Shown here piece after piece: positions 41,972 to 54,568 of a stretch of DNA of 64,000 nt. The notes under the pieces are model-generated. The model saw only the letters and a list, made by a program, of their open reading frames with translations, was not told the DNA's origin and ran no database searches. Origin of the DNA: Penicillus capitatus (taxonomy: Eukaryota > Plantae > Chlorophyta); NCBI GenBank assembly GCA_965649825.1, contig OZ287706.1, positions 682,001 through 746,000 of the forward strand, in the 5' to 3' direction. How positions within the stretch are numbered: the first letter of the stretch is position 1; each line of letters opens with the position of its first letter. A program made the translations under genes and the position numbers.

Positions 41972-44900
41972 ATGGCCTACGTCGACAAAGTGCGTGGCGT
42001 GCGTTGTCAAGGTGCCGATGTCGGCGAGGGTGTTATGGTCTTTAGGTTTTGATCAAAGGGATAAGGAGCTTCGATCCCGAGAACTCCGCTCCAATTGATC
42101 TCTACAAACCGTTGACGCTCATCGTCGGGTCCAATGGCGCCGGCAAGACGGTGCGCTGTGTATTGCTGGCTGACGACTCTTATGGCGCGATGTGTGATCG
42201 TGGATGGCTAGACAATCATCGAAAGTCTGCGCGTCGCCTGTACAGGTACATTGCCGCCCAATGCACGTCTCGGACAGAGCTTCGTCCACGATCCCAAGGT
42301 TCGTACACTCTCATTGCTCAAAGTGTGAGAAAAGAGTGACATAGGTAGCAAAAGAGAGAGAAGTGAAGGCTCAGATTATGGTGCGATTTTGCAATACAGC
42401 CGGCGACCCGTTCGTTGTGATTCGCTCCTACCAAGTCAGTCACCGCTCTCTTCAACTGCCTTCAGTAGCGTGACTGGTGGACGATGGACAGCTGTGCCAA
42501 AAAGCGACATCGATGCAGTTCAAAGCAATCGATCAGACACTCAAGAAAGTGGATCCGAGAACGAACGAGACGATGGTCATTACGCAGACCTGCGCCGACA
42601 TGGATAAGATTGTGCCAACAATGATGGGCGTATCGAGGGTGCATCTTGCCATGTGTTTGAGATCCAGTCGATGCGGGATGCATGTACAGGCGGTGTTAGA
42701 CAATGTGATTTTCGTTCATCAAGATGAATCGAATTGGCCCCTCTCGGAGCCGAAGGTTTTGAAGGAGAAGTTCGATCTTCTGTTCGGTACATCGAAGTAC
42801 ACAAAGGTGAGAGATGTCGGTTGGTGGCCAAGCCGATCGAATGGGCACAAAATGTGACAGTGGTTCGAAGAGATTCGAAAATTGAAGACGGAGAAGACGA
42901 ACGAACTCAAAGTGAAGAAAGTTGATTTGGGGCACCTTCAGACGCACAAGACAAAGGCAACGAAGCTGAGGGAGCAGATCGAGAAGAGAGAGGCCGAGAT
43001 GGTTAAAATGCATGAAGCTATTGCCGAACTGGAAGTGGAGATCGAGGCATAGTCTCGTCTTCTTTCTTCATGGCGTGATCCAAACGATCCGTTTTGGTGA
43101 TGCAGAGGGTCACGGCCGAGAGTCAGACGGTGGAAGCTGCATTGCAGTGCATAGGTGAGAAGGAAACAGAACGTTCTTTGCTGAGCTCGCAGTTGAAGAC
43201 CATGTCTCAAATAAACGAAGAAATGTTGGCGAAGCTCCCAGTGGGTCCTTATCGATATCGGCATGGCGTGATGTGCACGAACAGGATGGTGATTACGAAG
43301 ACGATGAGGATTCTCTGAAAGAGGGTATCGGTGAATGCGATGAGACGGTTGAGCATTTGAAGAGAGAGGTTGATCGATTGGACGATGCCGTTCGTCGAGA
43401 CCAGGAGAAGGCAGTCGTGCACAAGAACGAATACGCCAAAGTGTGTCCTGGAGTGTTGCAGACCGACGAGAGACGTGTCATGTCTGTCAGGCCTGTCAAC
43501 AGCAAGGAATGCTTCAGGCTGAGGTATCAGCTAACGAGCGAAACCGACAGGAACGGGATCGTTACATAGAGCAGTTGAGTGAGCATGCAGGCACGATGGT
43601 GACCGGTGCGGATTTTTTCCAGAGGGACAATGCGAATCTCCGTTTGGTCGCAGAAACGGAGAATCCCGAAGCCTTTGTCGCTGCCTTCGAGAAAAGCGTA
43701 TTGGATGCGGAATCGAGGTTGAGTGACATGAAGATGAAGAATAAAGAGCTGGATGAAAAAATGAGTGAGGAACTGCGAAGCGTCGTCATGCAGATCGAAA
43801 CAGCATCTGAACGTATGCGCTTGCACAAACGCGAGAAAAACCAAAACGATCTGAAGTTGGCACAGCTAAAGAAAAAGGTCACGATTTCGTAAGCAGAGCA
43901 TTCTTTTCCTGAACAGCATCTCTAGGCCGTCGAATTTCTCATTCATGAAACAGATCTGGAAGATCTCGAGTCGAGAGAGAAGGAAGCTTTTGAACAGCTT
44001 GCGGCAAATCGAGAACTCTGTGAGGCGAAGAATTTTGCAGATCAGATCGCTCATGCTGTTACGGAGATCGAGGCGATGCATCTGTCCATACAACAACTCA
44101 AAGAGGCACGTTCTAAGATTGAAGCGTTCGTTCCCTGCGAATGACAGCTCTATTGGTGTGACTCAGGAAAAGAGCCATCTCGATGCGGCATCCGAGACAG
44201 AAACGAAGATCAAATGGAAGAAGCAAGAACTGAAGACGAAGAGGGGACAGTTGACGGAACGCATGGCAGAGCATCGGGCAGAGATTGAAGAACTCCTTGG
44301 CCAAGGTCACACATCTGCTTGCATTCTGGTCACTCCTTCCTGAGTGCTCGCTTTGTGATCTACAGAAGTCGAGGCCTGTCAGCTGAAGGAGCGTTACCGT
44401 GTGATCTTGGAAGCGATACAAAAAGAAACGGCACAATTGGAAGAGAAGCTTAAAGAGGCACAGGCAGCACGTACGCTTGCCGAAGTGAGATGTGTGTGAG
44501 ATCTGGCCCTGCCGTGCGAATCGCTGTCCTTTTTTCCAGCACCGTTTAAGCACGACATCAGCCGATCTTCGCGAAAAAGAAGCAAGACTCGAGCGGTGCA
44601 GAGACGAACTCAGCAAAGGGTTACGGTCTGCGATGGGAAGGGAGATTTCGATCGATGCCTACACATCGGAGTTTGCTGATCTTGAACAGGTGCGATGGAT
44701 ATGCCACAGCAGCTGATAGTGTGACGCTGTTCTTTGACATCATCCAACAGAGATTTGAAGAGCTCAAAGAGAGAAGTTCTATGGGAGAAGCCAGTGTGAA
44801 GCTCATGAAGGGCGTCATCAAGACAGCAGCATCACGCAGTATCTGTCTCGTCTGTTCCAGAGAATTCACCGAAGAAGAAAGGGATGCGTTCATCGACGAA

Positions 44901-47254
44901 AAGGAAGCAGAAGTTCAGGTGTGTTCTCTGGCGTCTGAAGACCATGGGATGCGTGATGTGTCAGAATCTGCCAGAGCGAATGAAAAACGACGAAGTCATG
45001 GTCGAGACCATCGCCTCTCAGTTATCTCAGATGAAGGCGCTCCACTCGGTCTTTCATGAATACGCTTCCCTCAAAGACACCGTGATCCCAGTGTTAAAGA
45101 GCCAACAGATGGATCTTGAATCGGCTCTGACGGCTACAGAGATGCAGGTGTAATGCATAGTTCGATGGTGAGATGATTATCGAAGGGATGTGGCTTTGAG
45201 GTGGCAACGGCGAAGACAGACGACGAGAGACAACGAGAGAAAGCCCGGAATGCCTCAGCATTTGCGGAAACGGTTCTTTGGCCCGTGAACAAGTGACAGA
45301 TATCCGATGTTGTCATTTACGCAATCGATGCATATGTAGCCTTGTGAGCGATATCCAAGCATCGGAGGTATTGCTGGATGAACTGCAACAAAGATGTATG
45401 CAGATCGATGGTCGGCGCAGTCTGTTGGATCTGGAGGCAGAACTGGAAGCTCTGGAACTTGGAAAGAAAGAACAGGAGTCAAAGAAAGATCAGCTGCAAA
45501 AGGAGCAACAGGATTTGAGCAGCGCCTTCGTGACGCTTTCCCAGGAACATCTGGAAATCAAGAACGAAGTGGAGAAGTATCGCACCAACGTCGCCAACAA
45601 AGAACTCCATCGAGAACACGTTTGCGCCAAATTCGAAGCAAGAACGGCGGCTACGTAGGAACTGCTTTCCATAGGCATCGGAACTCGAGCAGAGAAATGC
45701 ATCGATCGAAGCACAGGTGACAGAATTTGAGGAAGAGATCGCATCCTTGCAGCCCAAAAAGGCCACGTTGGACACCCAACGCAAAGAAGAGCGCCTGCGG
45801 AGTGTCCAGACAGAACGCGTGATGGAACAGCAAGTTGTTCGACATCCATCTCGTGTGTTGGGATATGCCTGTTGTGTGATCAGACGAACGAGATGCGGCA
45901 TCAGTTGGATGCTTTGATTCGAAAGAATCGGATGGTTCGGCAGTTTGATGATGCCAATACATTGCAGCGCCTTCAGGACACCCAGCAATGTCTCAAAGAT
46001 ATCGACGAGGCACAGAATCGACTGCAGACGTCGATTGAGGACACGCAAAAGGCACGAAGAGAGCTCGTGGATGACATCCAGCGACATCAGGATATGAAAC
46101 GCAACATCCAAGTGAAACCAAATGTCTCTCCTGGCTCACGTGCCAGACACCGTTCGGCAGCTGTGCCTGGAATGGAGAAAAGGAAAGCGAGAAGAGGATG
46201 AACTGTCTGCCAAGTTGGATGCGATTCAGCAGGAGATCGATCAGGTCGATATAGAGGGACGATGCCAAACATACGAATCGCGATGCCTTGTGCAGATCGA
46301 ATCGAAGCAGATGCTTGTTCGAAAGCTGAAGAAGCTCCAAAGAGAGACTGAGGAATTCAAAGATACACAGAGTCGTTCAACAGGTTCCTTGGGCATGTTA
46401 CAGCGTACCCTTGTGGAGTCTGATCCCCCATCTTCGCTCGCTCGTGCCGACGGCGTTTGACTGTAGGACGAGAGAGGAGCTCAGCTCAGATCTGTACAGA
46501 GACATCGATATGCAGTACAAGAGTGCCTTGGTGGATAAAGTCCTCCTCGAAACAGGCATTGAAGACCTTCAGACATTTCACCAGGTCGACCAGAGGATGC
46601 CATGATAGAGTGAGGTCATTGTGTGAGATGCCTAGGCATGCGAACGCGCATTGCTGTCTTACCACACCATGAAAATGGAGGAGATCAATGCAGCGATGAA
46701 GGAGTTATGGAGGACGATTTATAAAGGATCGGACATTGAATACATCGAAATCAAGGCAGAAGAAGTCAAGGGTCATGCCGGTCGATCCCACAACTACAGG
46801 TGCACATCGACAGCACGTGTCCGGTCTCCCATTCTATGTAGCACAGACTGTCCATGAGTGTGAACGGGAGTCACCTGGAGATGCGAGGACGCTGCAGTGC
46901 AGGACAGAAAGTGTTGGCAGGGATCATCGTACGACTGGCATTGGCAGAGACCTTCTGTGTGAAGTGCGGCATTTTGGCTCTGGATGAGCCGACGACCAAT
47001 TTGGACGAAGCTAACGTCGAGTCTTTGGCCGATGCCCTTCGGGATATCATCGAGAACCGACAACAGCAAGAGAACTTCCAACTCATTGTGCGATTCTGTG
47101 CATCAGACGTGGAGTCCATTGCTTTCTGTTGCAGGTCATCACACATGACGACAATTTTGCCAGAAAGATCCGAACACGAGAACATGCCGAGTACCTCTGG
47201 CGTGTAACGAAAGATAACAAAAATCATTCCACGCTGACAAGAGAGCGCATCTAA
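41972..47254 (+). CDS. RAD50: DNA repair protein RAD50; many introns
   Basis: IKGIRSF, Walker [20 protein letters not shown], zinc hook [32 protein letters not shown]. Stop is TAA 47252-47254. Confidence 0.97.
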
Positions 47255-47675
47255 GATGCCTTTAGCATGTCAAGAACATATCCTGATGCTGACAGTCATG
47301 AAAACGTCTGTTTGTATGCGCCTTGTAAAAGGATTGAGATGTTATGGGATGTTCGTGCGGTGCCGTTGCGAAGGGATGACGTGGCATTGATGTGACGTTC
47401 GCCGCCCACCCATCTAACCGATGGCTCATGACGCTCTTCTTCGTACCATGTCTCTATCCTCGCCATGACGGCATCGTTCATTTCTACCCTGCACCTGGGG
47501 TGATGGCTACTATGTCAAGGGCGTGCCTGGCAGACAGGATAGCATAGAACCAAATGACCATGGGTTGCAATTGAACATGAGCTTGTTCAAAAACTTTATC
47601 GTCAGAAGTACTGGTCAGCGCTTCGTCGAGTCGTATATAATACATGCTAAGTCATAATGTCCGTCGATACTGTGC

Positions 47676-48295
47676 TCAGTAACGTGAGTATCCGCGTCGT
47701 CCTCTGCGTGTCTTTGCCAGCCACACCACAAGTTTATTCAATGTCCATTTCGGTCCATAAGCACGGCGCATTTCGTTCTTGATTTCTGCAAAAGCGTGGT
47801 CGAGCGTGAGACCTTCTTCTATCTTCAGCTCGACGTATTCGCAGATCCATTTGCGTCGAAACACTTGCATCTTGCATTTCTTGTTCGAACGCGGTCGGTA
47901 CATGTAACCCTGTTCTGCTCGGCGCCGTTCAAGATCGCGTAGGGCCGGGTGCGATTTGCCCTGGACTATCACTTCGACGGTCCATTCGTGCCACAGACGT
48001 TCCAGTGAATACTCTGCGCAAAGATGCGTTGTCAGTTTGCGGCACTTCTTTGCATATTCGCAGTGACTGTACCGCTTAGACGGGGAAGATCATCAAACAA
48101 GCAAGGGGAATTTTGCCCACGAGGCGTCATCATCGTATAATGGACTGATACCCTGACGAGGAAGAGAACGCGTTTGGGGTTGTGCTCCCAGTAAAACGAA
48201 ATAACAGGAAGGTACAGTTGAATGCCACGTAAGAAAGGAAGCTGCGCCAACCGACGTTCATCAATTTCATCATCGCCACCTGCGCTACGACGCAT
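47676..48295 (-). CDS. Stand-alone GCR1_C-domain protein (Crypton/Ndc10-associated DNA-binding domain); 5' exon uncertain
   Basis: SLERLWHEW..HPALRDLE..FRRKWICEYVE..AFAEI..WTLNKL matches the GCR1_C pattern TV.DLW.EW..PSIRELE..RRK.II..I..LNKL, recalled from memory. Confidence 0.7.
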
Positions 48296-48364
48296 GGATT
48301 TGACGGCGAAGCTCACGGAACACGGTCCGTTGTTACGGTGCTGTCGCCGAGATCACGATGCTCA

Positions 48365-49034
48365 ATGACAGGCGAGGCGTTTTTGTCTTTGTTTGATGAC
48401 GCGGATCGAAAAAGAGTGAGTGTGAAGAAGAGAGCGCCGCCAGTGAAGTCGGAGAGTCATGAAACACTTCACCCGGTGGACAAAACGCACGGCGAGGCAG
48501 CCAAGAGATCATCTAGGCAGTGCCAACCCATCCCACAGAAAGAGAGACCTACTTTGATGAATGCCAAAGTCACCAATGTTGTCCCTCCTCAGCACAGACA
48601 TGGATAGAATGCCGTGGATGGTAGGCGTCGGAGATGCATGGGCGTAAGAGGTGCCGGATGCACGAGAGGAAAAGTCATGAAGAGATGGCCGATCGCCGCA
48701 ATCGTGAAGAGTTTCTTGCGTTTCGGCGAGATGTGGAGAAGTTAGGTACAGAAGATCGATATCTCGACAGAGCGGATGCAGAGAGATTCTGCCTTCAGGT
48801 ATTAAGGGATTGGACAAGGAGACATCGACGGCGTTCATCGATGACAAGTGGAGAGCATTGGGTGGAAAGAAGCCACCTGGCAAACCCATCCCCAAGAACA
48901 TCGGCATCGAACTCTGGAAACAAAAACAACAAGATCGATGCCTCTCTGAGCACCAGCCGAAACGGAAAAAGACGTCCTTGAAGAACAAACGAACAGGCCA
49001 TAAAATATCCCGTCGATACAAAGGGCATCCCTAA
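48365..49034 (+). CDS. Small basic protein, Faf1/C1orf131-like (40S pre-rRNA processing)
   Basis: FRRDVEKLG|IKGLDK..ALGGKKPPGKPIPKNIG, with a Lys-rich tail. Confidence 0.45.
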
Positions 49035-49196
49035 TGTGCTAAAGTATGAGATGAGAGCTGGTTTGTATGTACTGTTATTTCGTGTAACTCTCGTCTTGCT
49101 CTTCCATCTCGTACGTATCCGTTTCAGCCGCAGCCACTTTTCGTTCGAGCTCTGTCAACAGCTCTTCTCGACTCTTGCTCCCATAACTATCGCCGC

Positions 49197-51754
49197 TCAT
49201 CTTTTTCTACATATCAAATAGATCAGATACAGAGTGAGAAGTGTGAGAAAGTGGCAGACGAGTGCATCTCGAATGAGCTGTTTTTTCTGTTCGGAGATCG
49301 GCGCCGTTAATCGTGCCACCACTTCGGACGCACGGGCCAGTTCTTCTTCCTCTTCTGCCTGACTGGCCGTCTCCTGTGCCACTTTCAGCTGTTGCCGCAG
49401 AATATCGTATCTACAACAGGAGCATATGTACAGAGAATGAGGATTGGACTGATGTGACTTGTTCATGATGTCCTGTCGGCGGTTGGTGAACTGCGACGGG
49501 AAGACTTCGGGAAAGTAACGCTGAAGAAAGCCGAACACGAAGACGTGACCCACAGGCGTGAGCGGAACGACCAGTATTGCGGCGAAAGGAATAAAGGCCA
49601 AGATATCTCTGGCTGTCCGTCTCAGTGCTGCCACTTCTCTTGGTTTTAGCGTCCCACCTGGATCACACATGATGATCATAAAGATCACTTGGCAAAAGGG
49701 CAAACCGAGTGCCGCTTTGGAGAAGAGACGACTGGCGTAGATCATATCGGTGCCCATGAGCCGTACCCCACGGATCAAAAAATTGATGCCCTCTTGGATC
49801 GTCTCGAGTGCCTCTTCCACTTGGAGATTCACTTTGGTCCATGTGAGGCGCGAATCGCCAAACACCACATCGGGATTGATGCCCAACCGACTTCTCAAAT
49901 CCTCGACATCGTCGACAAGATTCTGCAGAATGGTATCCCGGACGAGCACTGTTGGAGATTGCGTGAGTCGTTTCATCAGCGTCTTCAGCTGATCATCCAG
50001 TAGAGCGAACTCTGCTGTCAGAAGCAGAAGCTCTTCTGTCGATCCCTGTCGTCGAATGAAAGCACCGAGTGAAGATCGATCTTCGACAACATCGAGTGCC
50101 TCCTCTTCCAACGTCTGATAGACATACTCCATTTGCAGTTGCAGCGATCTCAAGGCCAGCAACCGCGATAACTGCAGCACTTCATCGTCCATGATCTTTA
50201 GCTGAAATGCTAGAGAGAGACGATCTTTGGCACTGGATTTCTGTAGCTTTGCCTCCCGTGCTTTGCTTGCTTCTTTGACACGCTTCTCGAGCTTCTCCAC
50301 TTCGAGCACCAGCTGAGTCATGTTTGTCTTTGAAGCTTCGGCCGTCGATAGGGGACGGGGAAGACCGGATGGTAAACGGGCGTTCTGTTTTGAACTGCCT
50401 CCTCCGTTTAGTCGATCCCACAGATCTTTTAAATAAACGGCTGTTTCCTGCAATCCGGATAGATAGTCTTCAGGCGGTATCTTCTTAACCTAAGCCGTCA
50501 CATCATTCTCACTCTTCTGAATCATCTCACACAAAAGCACCTGCTGCAGTTTGGATGCGACAAACTTCTCCGCCATCTTCTCCGCCTTGCCCAATCGCTT
50601 GATGGCCCCTCCAGCCCTCGATTCATTCGGTCGACCATACTTGTACTGTTTCTGAATTTCCAGTAGACTCGAGAGCTTCTCCTTGTCGAACACCGTCATC
50701 TTCCTGCGCAGATCCAGTCAACCTCATGTCATGCACACGACACCACTAAGATCGGCGGCCTCACGATGCGATTGGCAGACTCGGGACTTCCGACATCACG
50801 CGATCTAACAACAACTGAGCATATCGATTGACCTTATTCTCAATCTGCGTCTTCACATTCTCGGCCACTTCTTTGGAGAAGAGTGACGAGAAATCGGGTG
50901 ACATGAGTCGCCATCCTGCCTAGACAGCCATTCCTCACACTTCATCGACCATTCTCCCATTTCGCATACTTTCAACTGATCGGATGTCACTTGCATCTCA
51001 GCAATTGTCTCGAGCGTCCTATTCAACACCTGCTTCTCAATTTCTTCGCGTTCTTCTCCGGAGTACAGAGAAAGATTGCACTGGTCTTTGATCTCGTCAT
51101 AGATCGGTGTCTCCAGTCGCAACAGATACTCGGCACGCAGACAATTACGATAGATCTTCCGCAGCTGCAAGAGATCTTCCAGACGCTGCACACGATATCC
51201 AGACGCGTCATCATCAAACGACATCTCTTGCGGGAACAAATCGAGCTGCGAATTCGGTCTGCCATCCATCCTCCGTGAGACAAGACATGCCAAGATCAGA
51301 CGGATCCTTACTCCTGGACGGCGCAGACCACAAGTCTTCTGTGGGACAGTGTTCGCTTCTTGTGGCTTTCTGAGCTGTGTCGGTTTGTTCGGCGTCGGTG
51401 AGGTTTGCTGTTGGGTTGGTGACTGGGACGACGACTAAAGGTCAGCAACGACGACTCACTGTATGGCCCTGGGACACCACTTCGTTTCCAGCACCGTATC
51501 TCTTGACGCATCATCGTTTGTGGACGACGCCTAGGGCGACGAATCTCCTTTCTAAGTCAAGGCTGACGCCCTCTCTGTCCAGAAGAGCGCAGATGACACA
51601 CACGTACGTCGAGTGCCACGTCGTCTCTGTACGACCTCTGCTGTTGCCTCTCATCACATGCGATTCGGTCTTGGACCTTCCGTCGTTCCACCGACACGAC
51701 GCATTCGACGGGACCCGCACCGGATGGGACGATTTGGTGAGACACAGGACGCAT
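49197..51754 (-). CDS. LETM1-like protein (plant/algal organellar type); start approximate
   Basis: GVRLMGTD..ASRLF..G|TLKPREVAALRRTARDILAFIPFAAILVVPLTPVGHVFVFGFLQRYFP..FPSQF, plus coiled-coil regions. Confidence 0.82.
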
Positions 51755-53103
51755 GAGGAATGGGAGAAAGGAATGCGGAATAGGTTTATGGGATTTTTGG
51801 ATCAACACGGAGCCAATGGCGAATCGTCTACGTGGTGGAGCACGTGGAAGCTTTGTCGACAGACTCCTGAACCCCGTGGCAACACTTTCTGCGTTGGGTA
51901 TCTTCAACTGAGAGGAGAAGTGTGAGAAATGTGTATAGAGCGCCGGTGCAGACGCCGATTGAGTATTTTCGTACGCGACGCATCACGGGAGATGGACGTT
52001 GTCTTTTCCGGGCGATCGTAATCTTCGTCTCACGGAAGACAGCAGGTTACATACGGCTGTTGTTTAGGCTCAAGGGATAGCACGATATAAGAGTATTCAT
52101 TTGACGCCGACCAAGGAAGAACGTGAAGCAGGTGTGATGGAGGGGAGCACGTGTGAGATGATGTGACGTGGTCATTGTGCTGAAGATAATTTGAGAATGG
52201 CTGTGCAAGAAGCCTTGTGTACATCTAAGGACATGCAGCATGAGTTCAGAGATGTTATCCAGACTCTAGAATCGCCGCTGCCCAAGTCAGTAGCACAGAT
52301 AAGTAAAATATGTGTGCGCGGTGTGGTGTGGTTAATAGATACTGCAAACAGTTGCGCTCGCCGAAGTTTTGGGGAGGGGAGCCAGAACTCCTCGTCCTTT
52401 CAAAACTGCTGAAAACACCGATCCATGTCTACAAGAGAGAATCGGAGTTTGGCAGGCAAGAGTAGATGTGAAAGGTTCTGATGTGACAGGTGCTTGTGTG
52501 GTGGCGCAGTCAAGGATCGGGATTTGTAAAGATTGTGGAATATGGAAGGGAAGCAAAGAAGATACGATATCCCCCAGTGAAACTGCTGTATTCAGGATCG
52601 AATCATTATGATCTGCTCCTGGATTGATCTCATGCATCAGGGAATGGCTTTAAGCAAGACTGAATGGTTGACGAGAAAAGGGTCGTCCCGCGCTAAGACT
52701 TGTTTTTTCTTTAACGAGATTAGAGATGTCAAGAAGAGTAGTGGATTCTCTCATTGAGCGCGTATTCGTTGGATTGTTGTATTGGGAATGCTGTCACAAC
52801 AAGGAGAGAGATTAGAGGGTCGCCAATTTGTCAGGCAGTTAGTTAACTTAAACAGTCCCCAATAATGTACTGGAAATAGATCGAACTTGCACTGGCAAAA
52901 AATCAAAAGGACACACTGTTTTGCTGTGCGGAGAAGGGGAGAAGATGTTTTAATATGCATACCCTTGACTGACGTACCAAAGTAACAGATACTTTGAAAA
53001 CAAGCCAAAAGCTACACGTACAAACAAGCAAACAAGAAGAGGCAGACGTCTAGAGGTAAGGGACAAGACTATAATACATGCACCACTTTCTCATGATGCT
53101 TTT

Positions 53104-54568
53104 TCATTTTCCCTCTTGTGTTTCGCCTTTGAGGATGGACAAAAGAGATGGCAGCTGTGATGCTGTGTTTGCCATGAGTTTGGATGTGAGCTCTTCCTCG
53201 AGGTCAAGAGAGATATCCAACTGATCCAGATCTTGCTCCAATCGAGTTTTCATCGCATCGAGGCGCTCGACGTTCTGATTCTGGAGATCTCGGGTCTGAC
53301 TGATAAGATCTGCTAACGAGGCAGTGTTGTCGATAAGTTCCCGGACAAATGCTCGGCGAGGGGTGTCTGTCAGTGGCTCGAAAGCATCGACCAACTTCTT
53401 CACTCCGGAGGTTGCCCAGCTGTACGACATCGAGAGTAGGTCGACTTCTGTTTTGCCTTGAGTGACGGGTGAGGAAACGGATTCAGAATCAAGTGCGCCG
53501 GTGGGCCTCGGTCCACTGATATCGAAGCTGTTTCGGACGTACTCTTCGCCATAACAGTGTGTCATCAGGGTCAGCAACTCCTCACCGGAGATGGCGCATG
53601 GGTGGCGGTCTCCCAGTGTCATCTGCGATGCTAGACGGGCCATCTCCTGCGAGACACATAGACCTGTCGACTGCAAAACATCGGAGGATGAGCCTTACTT
53701 CGACGTCGTCGACGGTAGAGAGGATGAGCCTCCCGGTAGAGGCGACGTCGACCTCTTTGGTGTCCTCTGTCTCCGGAGGGCACTCTCTGATCTCGGGGAG
53801 TTCGCATTTCATGGAGTCCTCCCTTTCCTGCAGCTCCGAGTAACGGGACATGATCTCGGCGGCGGCCGATCGCATCTCCTTCGCGAAGTGGCTCCCGTTC
53901 GTCGCCAGCTGAAGGAAATGCCTCTGAAGGCTGCGGATCCTCGCCTGGCCGATCGCGACAGCCGCGGACGCCAGGCCGTCCCCAGGGGTCGCTTCCTCAG
54001 CCTCCGCCTCAGCCTCATCGACGGTCGATGCGTCGTCTTCGGCCGCGTTCGATTGATCGGCTGCCAGCTCCGCTCTCATGGCGGCGTGGCACAGTTCGCA
54101 GAGCATCCGCACCAGTTTCTGTCCGGCGTTCCTCTGAAGCAGCGCCGGCAGCAGGGAGACAGAGTCGGCAGAGACGCCCCAGTCCTCCGCACATTCCCTG
54201 ATCCACTCCACCGCTCTCAGTCTGAACTCGCGCGCCTCGGTCTGCGTCGCAGCGGGCCACGCATTCTTGAATCTCTTCCGCGCCGTCTCCCTGTCCGTCA
54301 GCGTCGCCAGAAGGAAGTACAGCAGCGCCTCCGTCGCGCTCTTGTTCGGCGCCGCGAACATGCTCTGCTCCAGATCGACCTTCGCAGCGGCCATCTCCGG
54401 CCAAAGCTGCAGTGCGTCGGCGCAGCCGATCAGTCTGAGAGAGTGCAGCAGCAGGAGGTCCTCCTCGCTCGGACGGCCGTGCGCGTCTCCGGCAATCTGT
54501 CCGGCCCTCGTGCTCGTCACGCTCGGCGCGTGATGTCTCGGCGACGCCATCTTCGTCGCCTTTCGCAT
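53104..54568 (-). CDS. HAUS6: Augmin subunit HAUS6/AUG6, copy 2
   Basis: Near-identical to copy 1 apart from a divergent internal patch and the C-terminus LKGETQEGK*. Confidence 0.85.
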
